Of a stretch of DNA of 64,000 nt, positions 45,578 through 53,504 are shown piece after piece. The position numbers and the translations under genes were made by a program. Under the pieces are notes generated by a model, which did no database searches, was not told the DNA's origin, and worked only from the letters and a program-made list of their open reading frames with translations. Source of the DNA: Flavobacteriales bacterium UBA2619 (GTDB taxonomy: Bacteria; Bacteroidota; Bacteroidia; Flavobacteriales_D; Sanyastnellaceae); assembly GCA_002339135.1 (NCBI GenBank), contig DDJR01000048.1, positions 17,989 through 81,988 of the forward strand, given 5' to 3'. Each line of letters starts with the position of its first letter. Position 1 is the stretch's first letter.

Positions 45578-45850
45578 TTAGACTCTTTGGGCGTCTACGC
45601 TCTTCCATCCTCCTCCGTTAACAACCTCTAAACCTTGATCTGCCAAATAATCAGCCGCTTGTCCACTACGCCCTCCCGAGGCACAACAAAGAACCAAGGG
45701 TTGCATCGTCTTGAGCTCATCAATTCTGGACACGACTTCATTAAGCGGGATATTCACAGAACCCGTCACGTGACCGCCTGAAAATTCTCCTGGTGTACGC
45801 ACATCGACGATTGTTGTGTCTGCGTGGTTGATTTTTTCTTGAATACTCAT
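45578..45850 (-). CDS. Single-domain rhodanese sulfurtransferase
   Basis: IVDVRTPGEFSGGHVTGSVNIP and the active-site loop CCASGGRS. Confidence 0.85.
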   Translation of the reverse strand: MSIQEKINHADTTIVDVRTPGEFSGGHVTGSVNIPLNEVVSRIDELKTMQPLVLCCASGGRSGQAADYLADQGLEVVNGGGWKSVDAQRV

Positions 45851-45865
45851 GAAACGCTTTATAAA

Positions 45866-47107
45866 CTACCTTAACATTTTTACGGCCCTCTCAAGTCCGG
45901 CAACCAGGGCATCAATTTCTTCAAATGAGGTGTAAGCTGCAAAACTTGCTCTTACTGTGCCAGAAACACCCAACCACTTCATAAGTGGCTCGGTACAATG
46001 AGATCCAGTTCTTACAGCTATTCCCAGTTGATCTAGCAAGGTTCCGAGATCTGCAGGATGTGTTCCATCGATCAGAAAACTAACAACTCCCGCCTTGTGA
46101 TCTGCCGTACCATAAATTTTTAGACCTTCTATGGCAAGCAATTTCTTGTGAGCATACTCCGTGAGAGCTCGCTCATGGGCTGCGATTTTCTCAACTCCTA
46201 CTGAGTTCATCCATGAAATAGCGTGTCCGAGACCAATCGCTCCTGAAATATTGGGGGTTCCTGCTTCGAATTTGTAAGGAGGAATGTTAAACGTTGTGGG
46301 ATCCTCAAAACTGACTGAAGAAATCATCTCCCCACCACCACGCCATGGAGGCATGGATTCGAAGAGCTCTTGCTTTCCGTAAAGAATTCCTATCCCTGTT
46401 GGACCATACATTTTGTGACCAGAACAGGCATAGAAATCACAGTCCAAGTCTTGGAAATCTACCAAACAATGAGGTGCTGCCTGAGATCCATCAATTAACA
46501 CACAAGAGCCCACTTTGTGTGCAAGTTCGGTGTAATATTTGACGTCGTTGATTGTTCCAAGTGTGTTTGAAACGTGAGAAAAACAAACAAGTTTTGGTTT
46601 AAGTGCTAGTTTTTTCTCAAAATTTATCTGGTCTAAAGAGCCGTCAGGTAAAACATCAACAACTTCAATTTTGCAGCCGATTTCATTCGCTAAAATTTGC
46701 CAAGGCACGATGTTGCTGTGGTGCTCTAGACGTGTCAACAAGATGATAGAATCGCTTGTCAGATTCGATCTTCCCCAAGTTGAAGCAACAAGATTGATGC
46801 TGTCGGTAGCTCCCGAAGTAAATACAATCTCTGAGGTTTTCGAAGCATTAAAATGATTTCGAACAGTTTCACGGGCACCTTCAAAAGCGTCTGTTGCTTG
46901 TGTTGCAAGGGCATGAGCTCCTCTGTGAATGTTGCTGTGAAAGTGTGAAAGATATTCACGTTGTGACTCAATGACCGCGCGTGGCTTTTGGGCAGAGGCT
47001 GCGCTGTCTAAATAAACCAGAGGGTGACCGTTTACTTGTCTCTCAAGAATGGGGAAATCTCGGCGTATCTCCTGAACATCGTATGTATTCTCATCCTTAC
47101 CAACCAT
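45866..47107 (-). CDS. sufS: Cysteine desulfurase, SufS subfamily
   Basis: ACSGHKMYGPTGIGILYG PLP-lysine motif, RTGSHCTEP catalytic Cys loop, and operon context. Confidence 0.95.
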   Translation of the reverse strand: MVGKDENTYDVQEIRRDFPILERQVNGHPLVYLDSAASAQKPRAVIESQREYLSHFHSNIHRGAHALATQATDAFEGARETVRNHFNASKTSEIVFTSGATDSINLVASTWGRSNLTSDSIILLTRLEHHSNIVPWQILANEIGCKIEVVDVLPDGSLDQINFEKKLALKPKLVCFSHVSNTLGTINDVKYYTELAHKVGSCVLIDGSQAAPHCLVDFQDLDCDFYACSGHKMYGPTGIGILYGKQELFESMPPWRGGGEMISSVSFEDPTTFNIPPYKFEAGTPNISGAIGLGHAISWMNSVGVEKIAAHERALTEYAHKKLLAIEGLKIYGTADHKAGVVSFLIDGTHPADLGTLLDQLGIAVRTGSHCTEPLMKWLGVSGTVRASFAAYTSFEEIDALVAGLERAVKMLR

Positions 47108-48296
47108 GTCTTTCTTGATAGATTTTCATAATCTCTTTACGTAATTCTGTGCTCGGAACGCTAGAAATAACATCAGCTAAAAAGGCCTCAACGAGGAGAG
47201 CTTTGGCTGCTTTTTCTTGAATTCCTCGGGATTTAAGGTAGAAAAGAGCATCGAGATCGAACTGACCTACCGTACAGCCATGGGCGCATTTTACATCGTC
47301 CGCATATATTTCTAACTCAGGCTTTGTATTTATTGAGGCTCCTCGATCGGCTACAATATTCGTGTTCTGTTGGAAAGCATTCGTTCTTTGTGCATCAGGT
47401 CTAACGAAGACCTTTCCGTTAAAAACGCCCGTCGATGATCCATACATTATGCCTCTGTAAAGCTCCGACGAAGTTCCATCTGAACTTGTGTGATCCATCG
47501 TGGTGTGGTTGTCAACATGCTCGTTTTCTGTCGGCAGATAAGCACCGTTAAAGATAGAATCTGTTCCCTTTCCACGTGAGACAATTTCTAGCTCATTCCT
47601 AACCCAGTGACCTTTCACTGTGAACGTGTGCATCATGAATCTGCTGTCGCGCTCTTGAATGATATTCTCGTGTGAAAAGTGGTAAATCTCTCCATCCTCG
47701 TTGCAAACTTTTTCAAGCATAAAAGATGCGTTGGGAGCTATGGAAGCTTCCAACAGTCCATTGTACATTCCGCTAGATTTTTTTGTTGAGCTGCACCAAA
47801 TCACCACATCTACTTCACCCCCCTCCTCTACTCTTACAAAATGTCTCGGGAAACTTGCAACATCGATTCCGTCTGTCAAGTGATGAATGACAATCGGCCT
47901 ATCAAGTTTAATGTTGCGAGCAATCTTCAAGAACATTCCGTCTTGATGGTAGCTCTCGTTGAGTTCACCTACCCATTCTTTCTGAGAATACGTGTTTTGA
48001 AATTCCGGTGACTCCCCGTCTTCAACTTCGCTCATAGGCATACAAACAACACCTTGAGCAACTGGGAGGTCGCTCAGAGAGGCGTCGAATTTTCCGTTTC
48101 TCAACACAAGTCGATACGCCTCAAGTCCTTGAACGGGGTTGGGGTCAACCTCCTTGGAGAACCCACTGTTAATCGCTTCCGAATCTGTGGAAAGGGACGT
48201 GTTTAACAGCTTTGAAATAGGTGAGTATTTCCACCTCTCTGACCTCCTTGTAGGAGGCAGAAGTGTAGATTTGAATATGTCTGTGAGCACTGCCAT
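47097..48296 (-). CDS. sufD: Fe-S cluster assembly protein SufD
   Basis: Position between sufC and sufS. C-terminal PELEIYADDVKCAHGCTVGQFD...LFYLKSRGI. Confidence 0.9.
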   Translation of the reverse strand: MAVLTDIFKSTLLPPTRRSERWKYSPISKLLNTSLSTDSEAINSGFSKEVDPNPVQGLEAYRLVLRNGKFDASLSDLPVAQGVVCMPMSEVEDGESPEFQNTYSQKEWVGELNESYHQDGMFLKIARNIKLDRPIVIHHLTDGIDVASFPRHFVRVEEGGEVDVVIWCSSTKKSSGMYNGLLEASIAPNASFMLEKVCNEDGEIYHFSHENIIQERDSRFMMHTFTVKGHWVRNELEIVSRGKGTDSIFNGAYLPTENEHVDNHTTMDHTSSDGTSSELYRGIMYGSSTGVFNGKVFVRPDAQRTNAFQQNTNIVADRGASINTKPELEIYADDVKCAHGCTVGQFDLDALFYLKSRGIQEKAAKALLVEAFLADVISSVPSTELRKEIMKIYQERHGW

Positions 48297-48299
48297 ATC

Positions 48300-49052
48300 C
48301 TAAGCGTTCTGTTCTTCCTTAATCCAGTCATACCCCTTGGCTTCTAGCTCAAGAGCGAGTTCTTTTCCTCCGCTTTTCACGATTTTACCGTTTGATAAAA
48401 CATGGACAAAGTCTGGAATGATGTGATCTAAAAGTCTTTGGTAATGAGTGATGACAATAAAGGCCCTGTCAGGAGAACGCATCGCGTTCACTCCTTTAGA
48501 GACAACTCTCAAGGCATCAATGTCTAGGCCTGAGTCTGTTTCATCTAGAATACAGAGTTTGGGCTCGAGTATCGCCATTTGAAAAATCTCGTTTCGCTTC
48601 TTCTCTCCTCCAGAAAACCCTTCGTTCACTGACCGATCCCGAAGTCTACCGTCTAATTCCACAAGAGAAGAACACTCTTTCACCTTGGCGAGAAAGTCCT
48701 TTGCCTTGATCGGCGGTTGTCCATTGTGATCGCGCTTTGCGTTTACAGCCGCCTTCATGAAGTTTAAGTTCGAAACACCTGGGATCTCGATCGGATATTG
48801 AAAGGCCAGGAAAACGCCTTCTCTAGCTCGGTCACTTGCCTCCAGCTCGAGTAAGTCCGTACCATCTAAATCGACGACACCGTCCGTTACCTCGTAAGCT
48901 TCGCGGCCCGCAAGAACAGATGCGAGTGTCGATTTTCCTGATCCATTGGGACCCATGATGGCATGGATTTCACCAGGCTTAACATCAAGGTTGAGACCTT
49001 TAAGAATCTCATTGTCGCCAACTTTGGCGTGTAAATTTTTAATTTTTAGCAT
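48300..49052 (-). CDS. sufC: Fe-S cluster assembly ATPase SufC
   Basis: Walker A GPNGSGKST, signature FSGGEKKRNE, Walker B CILDETDSGLD. Confidence 0.96.
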   Translation of the reverse strand: MLKIKNLHAKVGDNEILKGLNLDVKPGEIHAIMGPNGSGKSTLASVLAGREAYEVTDGVVDLDGTDLLELEASDRAREGVFLAFQYPIEIPGVSNLNFMKAAVNAKRDHNGQPPIKAKDFLAKVKECSSLVELDGRLRDRSVNEGFSGGEKKRNEIFQMAILEPKLCILDETDSGLDIDALRVVSKGVNAMRSPDRAFIVITHYQRLLDHIIPDFVHVLSNGKIVKSGGKELALELEAKGYDWIKEEQNA

Positions 49053-49072
49053 TCTAAATTGCTTTTTCAGCT

Positions 49073-50521
49073 TTATCCTACGCTTCCTTCTAAAGAAATA
49101 GTAAGAAGTTTTTGGGCTTCAACGGCAAACTCCATAGGTAGTTTGTTTAAGACATCTTTTGCATAACCCTTCACAATGAGACCTATCGCTTCCTCTTCTT
49201 CGATTCCTCGTTGTTGGCAATAAAAAATTTGGTCTTCACCAATTTTCGAAGTTGTTGCCTCGTGTTCGATCTGAGCTGTTGGGTTTTTTACTTCGATATA
49301 AGGAAAAGTGTGTGCTCCACATTTGTCCGTCATAAGTAGAGAGTCGCAAACTGAGAAGTTGCGCGCGTTTTCTGCTCCTGGATGGATTTGTACGAGGCCC
49401 CTGTAAGAGTTTTGAGACTCCCCTGAAGAAATACCTTTAGAGATAATGGTAGAACGGGTGCGCTTTCCCAAATGAATCATCTTGGTTCCCGTGTCGGCCT
49501 GTTGTTTGTTGTTCGTCACAGCGACGCTGAAGAACTCTCCAATGCTGTCATCGCCTTTTAAAATACAGCTTGGGTATTTCCAAGTCACCGCCGAACCTGT
49601 CTCCACCTGAGTCCAACTTATTTTTGAAGCTCTGTGACAAATCCCGCGCTTGGTTACAAAGTTGAACACTCCACCCTTTCCGTTTTTATCTCCAGGATAC
49701 CAATTTTGTACCGTACTGTATTTTACTTCAGCCTCATCGTGTGAAATAATTTCAACTACAGCCGCATGAAGCTGGTTTTCGTCTCTCTGTGGAGCGGTAC
49801 ATCCTTCTAGATAACTAACGTAACTGCCCTCGTCGGCTACAATCAGAGTTCTCTCAAACTGACCTGTTCCGGCTTGGTTAATCCTGAAATAAGTACTAAG
49901 CTCCATGGGGCACCTAACGCCCTTAGGAATATAGCAAAACGATCCATCAGTGAAGACTGCAGAATTTAAAGCTGCGTAATAGTTATCTCTCTGGGGAACT
50001 ACAGTTCCTAAGTACTTTTTAACAAGCTCCGGATGTTCTTTAATCGCTTCGCCTAGTGAACAGAAAATGACACCGATTTCGCCCAGAGTTTCTTTAAAAG
50101 AGGTTGCGACTGAAACGCTGTCCATGACGAAATCAACCGCCACACCACTCAACTTCTTCTGTTCCTCTAAGCTGATACCAAGCTTCTCCATCGTCTTCAA
50201 AAGCTCAGGGTCTACTTCGTCTAAAGATGCAAGTACTTTTTTTGGTTTGGGCGCTGAGTAAAAACTGATCGATTGCAAATCGGGCTTGTCGTACGCAACG
50301 TGTGCCCAATCTGGCTCCTCCATTTTAGACCAAGCAGCAAAAGCCTCTAACCTCCACTTCAACAACCAATCAGGCTCATTTTTTTTGCTTGAAATCGTTC
50401 TGATAACGCTTTCATTAAGTCCTGGTGCAATTGTATCCGAGTCGATTTCAGTCGTGAAACCGTATTCGTAATTTTTCTCGGTGACTTCACTGAGTAAATT
50501 TTCTTCTTCTGTTCCCTTCAT
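49073..50521 (-). CDS. sufB: Fe-S cluster assembly scaffold SufB
   Basis: 482 aa with [28 protein letters not shown] and [17 protein letters not shown]. Confidence 0.96.
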   Translation of the reverse strand: MKGTEEENLLSEVTEKNYEYGFTTEIDSDTIAPGLNESVIRTISSKKNEPDWLLKWRLEAFAAWSKMEEPDWAHVAYDKPDLQSISFYSAPKPKKVLASLDEVDPELLKTMEKLGISLEEQKKLSGVAVDFVMDSVSVATSFKETLGEIGVIFCSLGEAIKEHPELVKKYLGTVVPQRDNYYAALNSAVFTDGSFCYIPKGVRCPMELSTYFRINQAGTGQFERTLIVADEGSYVSYLEGCTAPQRDENQLHAAVVEIISHDEAEVKYSTVQNWYPGDKNGKGGVFNFVTKRGICHRASKISWTQVETGSAVTWKYPSCILKGDDSIGEFFSVAVTNNKQQADTGTKMIHLGKRTRSTIISKGISSGESQNSYRGLVQIHPGAENARNFSVCDSLLMTDKCGAHTFPYIEVKNPTAQIEHEATTSKIGEDQIFYCQQRGIEEEEAIGLIVKGYAKDVLNKLPMEFAVEAQKLLTISLEGSVG

Positions 50522-50527
50522 TTCAGT

Positions 50528-50854
50528 CTATAATGAAAAACTTTCTCCACATCCACAGGTGCGATTGGCGTTGGGGTTATAAAACTCAAACCCTTTTCCG
50601 TTGAGACCACCACTGTATCGAAGCTCTGTTCCTACCAAATACAAAAAACTCTTCTTATCCACGACAATTTTCACTCCCTTGTCCTCAAATTCTTGATCAC
50701 CGTCTTTTACCACGTGGTCAAAATCCATCTCATACATCAGGCCGCTGCATCCGCCTCCTTTCACTCCAACACGAACAAAGCTTCCATGGGGACGACCTTC
50801 TTCGCTGAGTAATTTTATCACATGCTGTTTAGCTGAATCACTAACTTTAATCAT
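50528..50854 (-). CDS. sufA: HesB/IscA/SufA-type A-type Fe-S carrier
   Basis: 108 aa with GGGCSG and C-terminal CGCGESF. Confidence 0.9.
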   Translation of the reverse strand: MIKVSDSAKQHVIKLLSEEGRPHGSFVRVGVKGGGCSGLMYEMDFDHVVKDGDQEFEDKGVKIVVDKKSFLYLVGTELRYSGGLNGKGFEFYNPNANRTCGCGESFSL

Positions 50855-50863
50855 AGTGCAAAA

Positions 50864-50881
50864 ATACCACCTTTGTGGTAT
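50864..50881. promoter_or_regulatory. Palindrome ATACCAC-N4-GTGGTAT overlapping a -7 box (TATTTTTG, plus-strand 50859-50866) directly upstream of sufA
   Basis: Read directly: 7-bp perfect arms. The -7 box ends 4 nt before the sufA ATG, and a TTG lies 16 nt upstream of the box. Confidence 0.4.
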
Positions 50882-50970
50882 ACAACATCACATTATTCAT
50901 ATTCGTTCTAAATAGGATAACTTTTTTTAATATTGTTCGTCATAACGCTACGGGGTTGCATCTTTGGGGT

Positions 50971-51855
50971 ATGGCTTCTAAGCATCGCACAAACAAGAAT
51001 AGACTCCCTGCATCTCAGGCAACTACAACGTTCACAACGGTCGTAGGAATGACCTTAACACTGGTGTTAATTGGGTTGATTTCTGTCATCTCTCTTTTGG
51101 GGGCCCGTTGGGAGAAGCAGCTTAGGCAAGAAGTTCGAATGCAGGTCTATTTTATGAGTGACCTTGACAATGAAACACTGAACAAAGCTCTTGCAATTGT
51201 TGAAACTGACCAAGCTGTAGCAGAGGCCATTTACATTGAACCTCAAGCAGCAGCAGAAAAACTAGAGCAAGATTTAGGGGAGTCTTTTGTAGAATTTTTA
51301 GGCTACATACCGCTCCCACCAGCAATGGATGTCAGGTTAAAATCTGAATTTGGGAATTCTGACAAATTAATGGAAATCGCCGACCGGCTTGAAAATGTGT
51401 TGGGGGTTGCTGAGGTTGTTTGGCAAGACAAGCTGCTTGCAAAAATTGAAAAAACAATCAACAAGTTAATGCTTCCGTTGGTTGCAATGGCTGGCCTTTG
51501 TTTATTTATTGCGCTCGCTTTAATGAACAACACTGTAAGGCTAACTGTGTTTGCGCGACGTTTTTTAATTCGCAACATGCAGCTTGTTGGTGCAAAACCA
51601 GGGTTTATTCGCAAACCCTTTGTCAGTCAGGGATTTGCTCTTGGAGTAAGTTCTGGACTTCTTTCATTTGCGCTCATCACAGTTGTTCTTTCTCTGTTAA
51701 AGGGACCTCTAGGTTCAACTGCCTTTTTACTTGAACCTCTTTCTCTGATGTACATCGCTTTCGGGCTCACTTTTATTGGAGGGACTTTAGGAGTTCTATC
51801 AACAGCATTTGCTGTAAACCGTTATCTACGTCTCGACGTAGGCCAACTTCATTAG
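50971..51855 (+). CDS. ftsX: Cell division protein FtsX-like permease
   Basis: Start moved to ATG 50971. N-terminal TM, periplasmic loop, then three C-terminal TMs with FARRFLIRNMQLVGAKPGFIRKPF typical of FtsX. No ftsE adjacent. Confidence 0.82.
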   Translation: MASKHRTNKNRLPASQATTTFTTVVGMTLTLVLIGLISVISLLGARWEKQLRQEVRMQVYFMSDLDNETLNKALAIVETDQAVAEAIYIEPQAAAEKLEQDLGESFVEFLGYIPLPPAMDVRLKSEFGNSDKLMEIADRLENVLGVAEVVWQDKLLAKIEKTINKLMLPLVAMAGLCLFIALALMNNTVRLTVFARRFLIRNMQLVGAKPGFIRKPFVSQGFALGVSSGLLSFALITVVLSLLKGPLGSTAFLLEPLSLMYIAFGLTFIGGTLGVLSTAFAVNRYLRLDVGQLH

Positions 51856-51869
51856 CTTAAATTCGCAAG

Positions 51870-52115
51870 ATGAATAAAGAAATGGATAGAAATTCTAACA
51901 ACGGAAACTTTGCTTTTTCAGCTGTTAACTACAAATTGTTGGGGCTGGGACTTGTTCTGTTGGTTTTAGGATACGTTTTAATGAGTGGAGGGGGATCGGA
52001 TGACCCCAATGTATTTAGCTACGAGATTTTTAGTTTCCGACGGATAACCCTAGCGCCCTTCATCATTCTATCCGGTTACGGAACCATCTTGTTTGCTATT
52101 CTTAAAAAATCGTAA
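51870..52115 (+). CDS. DUF3098 domain-containing small membrane protein
   Basis: NYKLLGLGLVLLVLGYVLMSGGGSDDPNVFSYEIFSFRRITLAP matches the DUF3098 pattern. Conserved position after ftsX. Confidence 0.78.
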   Translation: MNKEMDRNSNNGNFAFSAVNYKLLGLGLVLLVLGYVLMSGGGSDDPNVFSYEIFSFRRITLAPFIILSGYGTILFAILKKS

Positions 52116-52122
52116 CGTCTGA

Positions 52123-52929
52123 ATGAACAATCTCTGGGAAGTTTTTTCATACCTAATACTGGGTCTCATACAGGGCTTGACAGAGTTTCTTCCTGTATCG
52201 AGCTCTGGCCACTTGACATTGGGGACTGCCGTCCTTCAACTTCCAGAAGAAGATTTGACTTTTTCTGTCCTGGTTCATGGAGCGACAGCATTAAGCACCA
52301 TTGTGGTTTTTCGTCAAGATATCTTCCAATTAATCACAGGTGTTTTTAAGAAAAATGAGGAGGGGAAACAAGCCAGGAAGTATGTGGGACTTATTGTCTT
52401 AAGTGCTGTCCCAGCAGCCATCATCGGTTTAAGTTTCAAAGACCAAATAGAAGGCCTCGCTTCAAGCTCTTTTGTGGGTGCCATGCTTATCGTCACCGCT
52501 GCAATCTTAGCAATCTCACAAAAAGTGAAGTCCAAGCCAAGGGGTTCTATTGGTGCAGGAGCTTCTGTTTTAATCGGATTGGCTCAAGCGGGAGCAATAT
52601 TGCCTGGCATAAGCCGCTCTGGAAGCACAATCGGTGCTGCCTTGCTACTCGGAATCTCAAGAGCTGAAGCTGCAAAATTTAGTTTTCTGATGGCGCTTCC
52701 TCCAATCATCGGAGCAAACTTGCTCGAAATAAAGGACATCGTAAGCAACAAGTCCGCTACAGTCGCAGACACCGCAGTTCCGTATCTTGGTTATGCCATA
52801 GGGGTTGTCGCAGCATTTTTAGCAGGGCTTGCAGCTTGTACATGGATGATTAAACTCGTGAAAGGCACTAATTTAATGTGGTTTGCCGTTTACTGTTTTG
52901 TGGTAGGGGTCATCGCGTTGATTCTGTAA
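52123..52929 (+). CDS. uppP: Undecaprenyl-diphosphate phosphatase
   Basis: QGLTEFLPVSSSGH and PGISRSGSTI motifs. Confidence 0.93.
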   Translation: MNNLWEVFSYLILGLIQGLTEFLPVSSSGHLTLGTAVLQLPEEDLTFSVLVHGATALSTIVVFRQDIFQLITGVFKKNEEGKQARKYVGLIVLSAVPAAIIGLSFKDQIEGLASSSFVGAMLIVTAAILAISQKVKSKPRGSIGAGASVLIGLAQAGAILPGISRSGSTIGAALLLGISRAEAAKFSFLMALPPIIGANLLEIKDIVSNKSATVADTAVPYLGYAIGVVAAFLAGLAACTWMIKLVKGTNLMWFAVYCFVVGVIALIL

Positions 52930-52946
52930 ACTTTTAATACATTTAT

Positions 52947-53504
52947 ATGATGCTTCGAAAAAACATATGCCTAGTCGCTTTTAGCGCACTGCTCCTCCTC
53001 AGCGGATGTGTAGAAGTAACATTCCCAGAAGCCATGCCGATGAACAGGTGCGATAAAAACCACTTCCCCAAATCATGGCAAGGGGATTGGACTTTCTCTG
53101 AGCAAAGTGATGACTTAGATGAGAATCTGACGGTCAACCCTCAATACGTCTCGTTCGGCACCGACAAAGTTGTTTTAGGAGAAGAAAACATTCTTAGAAA
53201 ATTTGCTGGATATTACATCTTAAGTACAAAAACTGAAAACACACAGAGGTGGAGTCTACTCTTTGCCAAGCGCAATAAAGATGTTTTACATGTCTATCGT
53301 TTTGATGGAACAGATGACGAAAAAATAAAAATTTGGGACACGTTACTTCAGGATGATGCCGGAAGCGGTCTTGAAACAATTACAAAAAACGAAGGAGGTC
53401 TAGATAAAATTAAAGAGTACCAACTTAATCCTAACAACAACAGGGTTTTTCGAAAGTTGCTTAAATCCGGAGGCCTAACACACATGGGGGACTATATACG
53501 CTGA
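52947..53504 (+). CDS. Hypothetical lipoprotein
   Basis: Lipobox LLLLSGC. No family recognised. TGATG overlap with the downstream gene. Confidence 0.5.
   Translation: MMLRKNICLVAFSALLLLSGCVEVTFPEAMPMNRCDKNHFPKSWQGDWTFSEQSDDLDENLTVNPQYVSFGTDKVVLGEENILRKFAGYYILSTKTENTQRWSLLFAKRNKDVLHVYRFDGTDDEKIKIWDTLLQDDAGSGLETITKNEGGLDKIKEYQLNPNNNRVFRKLLKSGGLTHMGDYIR

Noticed and set aside
50875-50970. N-terminal extension of the ftsX ORF
   Set aside because: The extension runs through the suf/ftsX divergent promoter region. The ATG at 50971 gives the typical FtsX N-terminus and is preceded by a -7-like box. Similar upstream extensions at 769-855, 3426-3611, 14489-14620, 20731-20826 and 45309-45482 were rejected because they overlap neighbouring genes or spacers.
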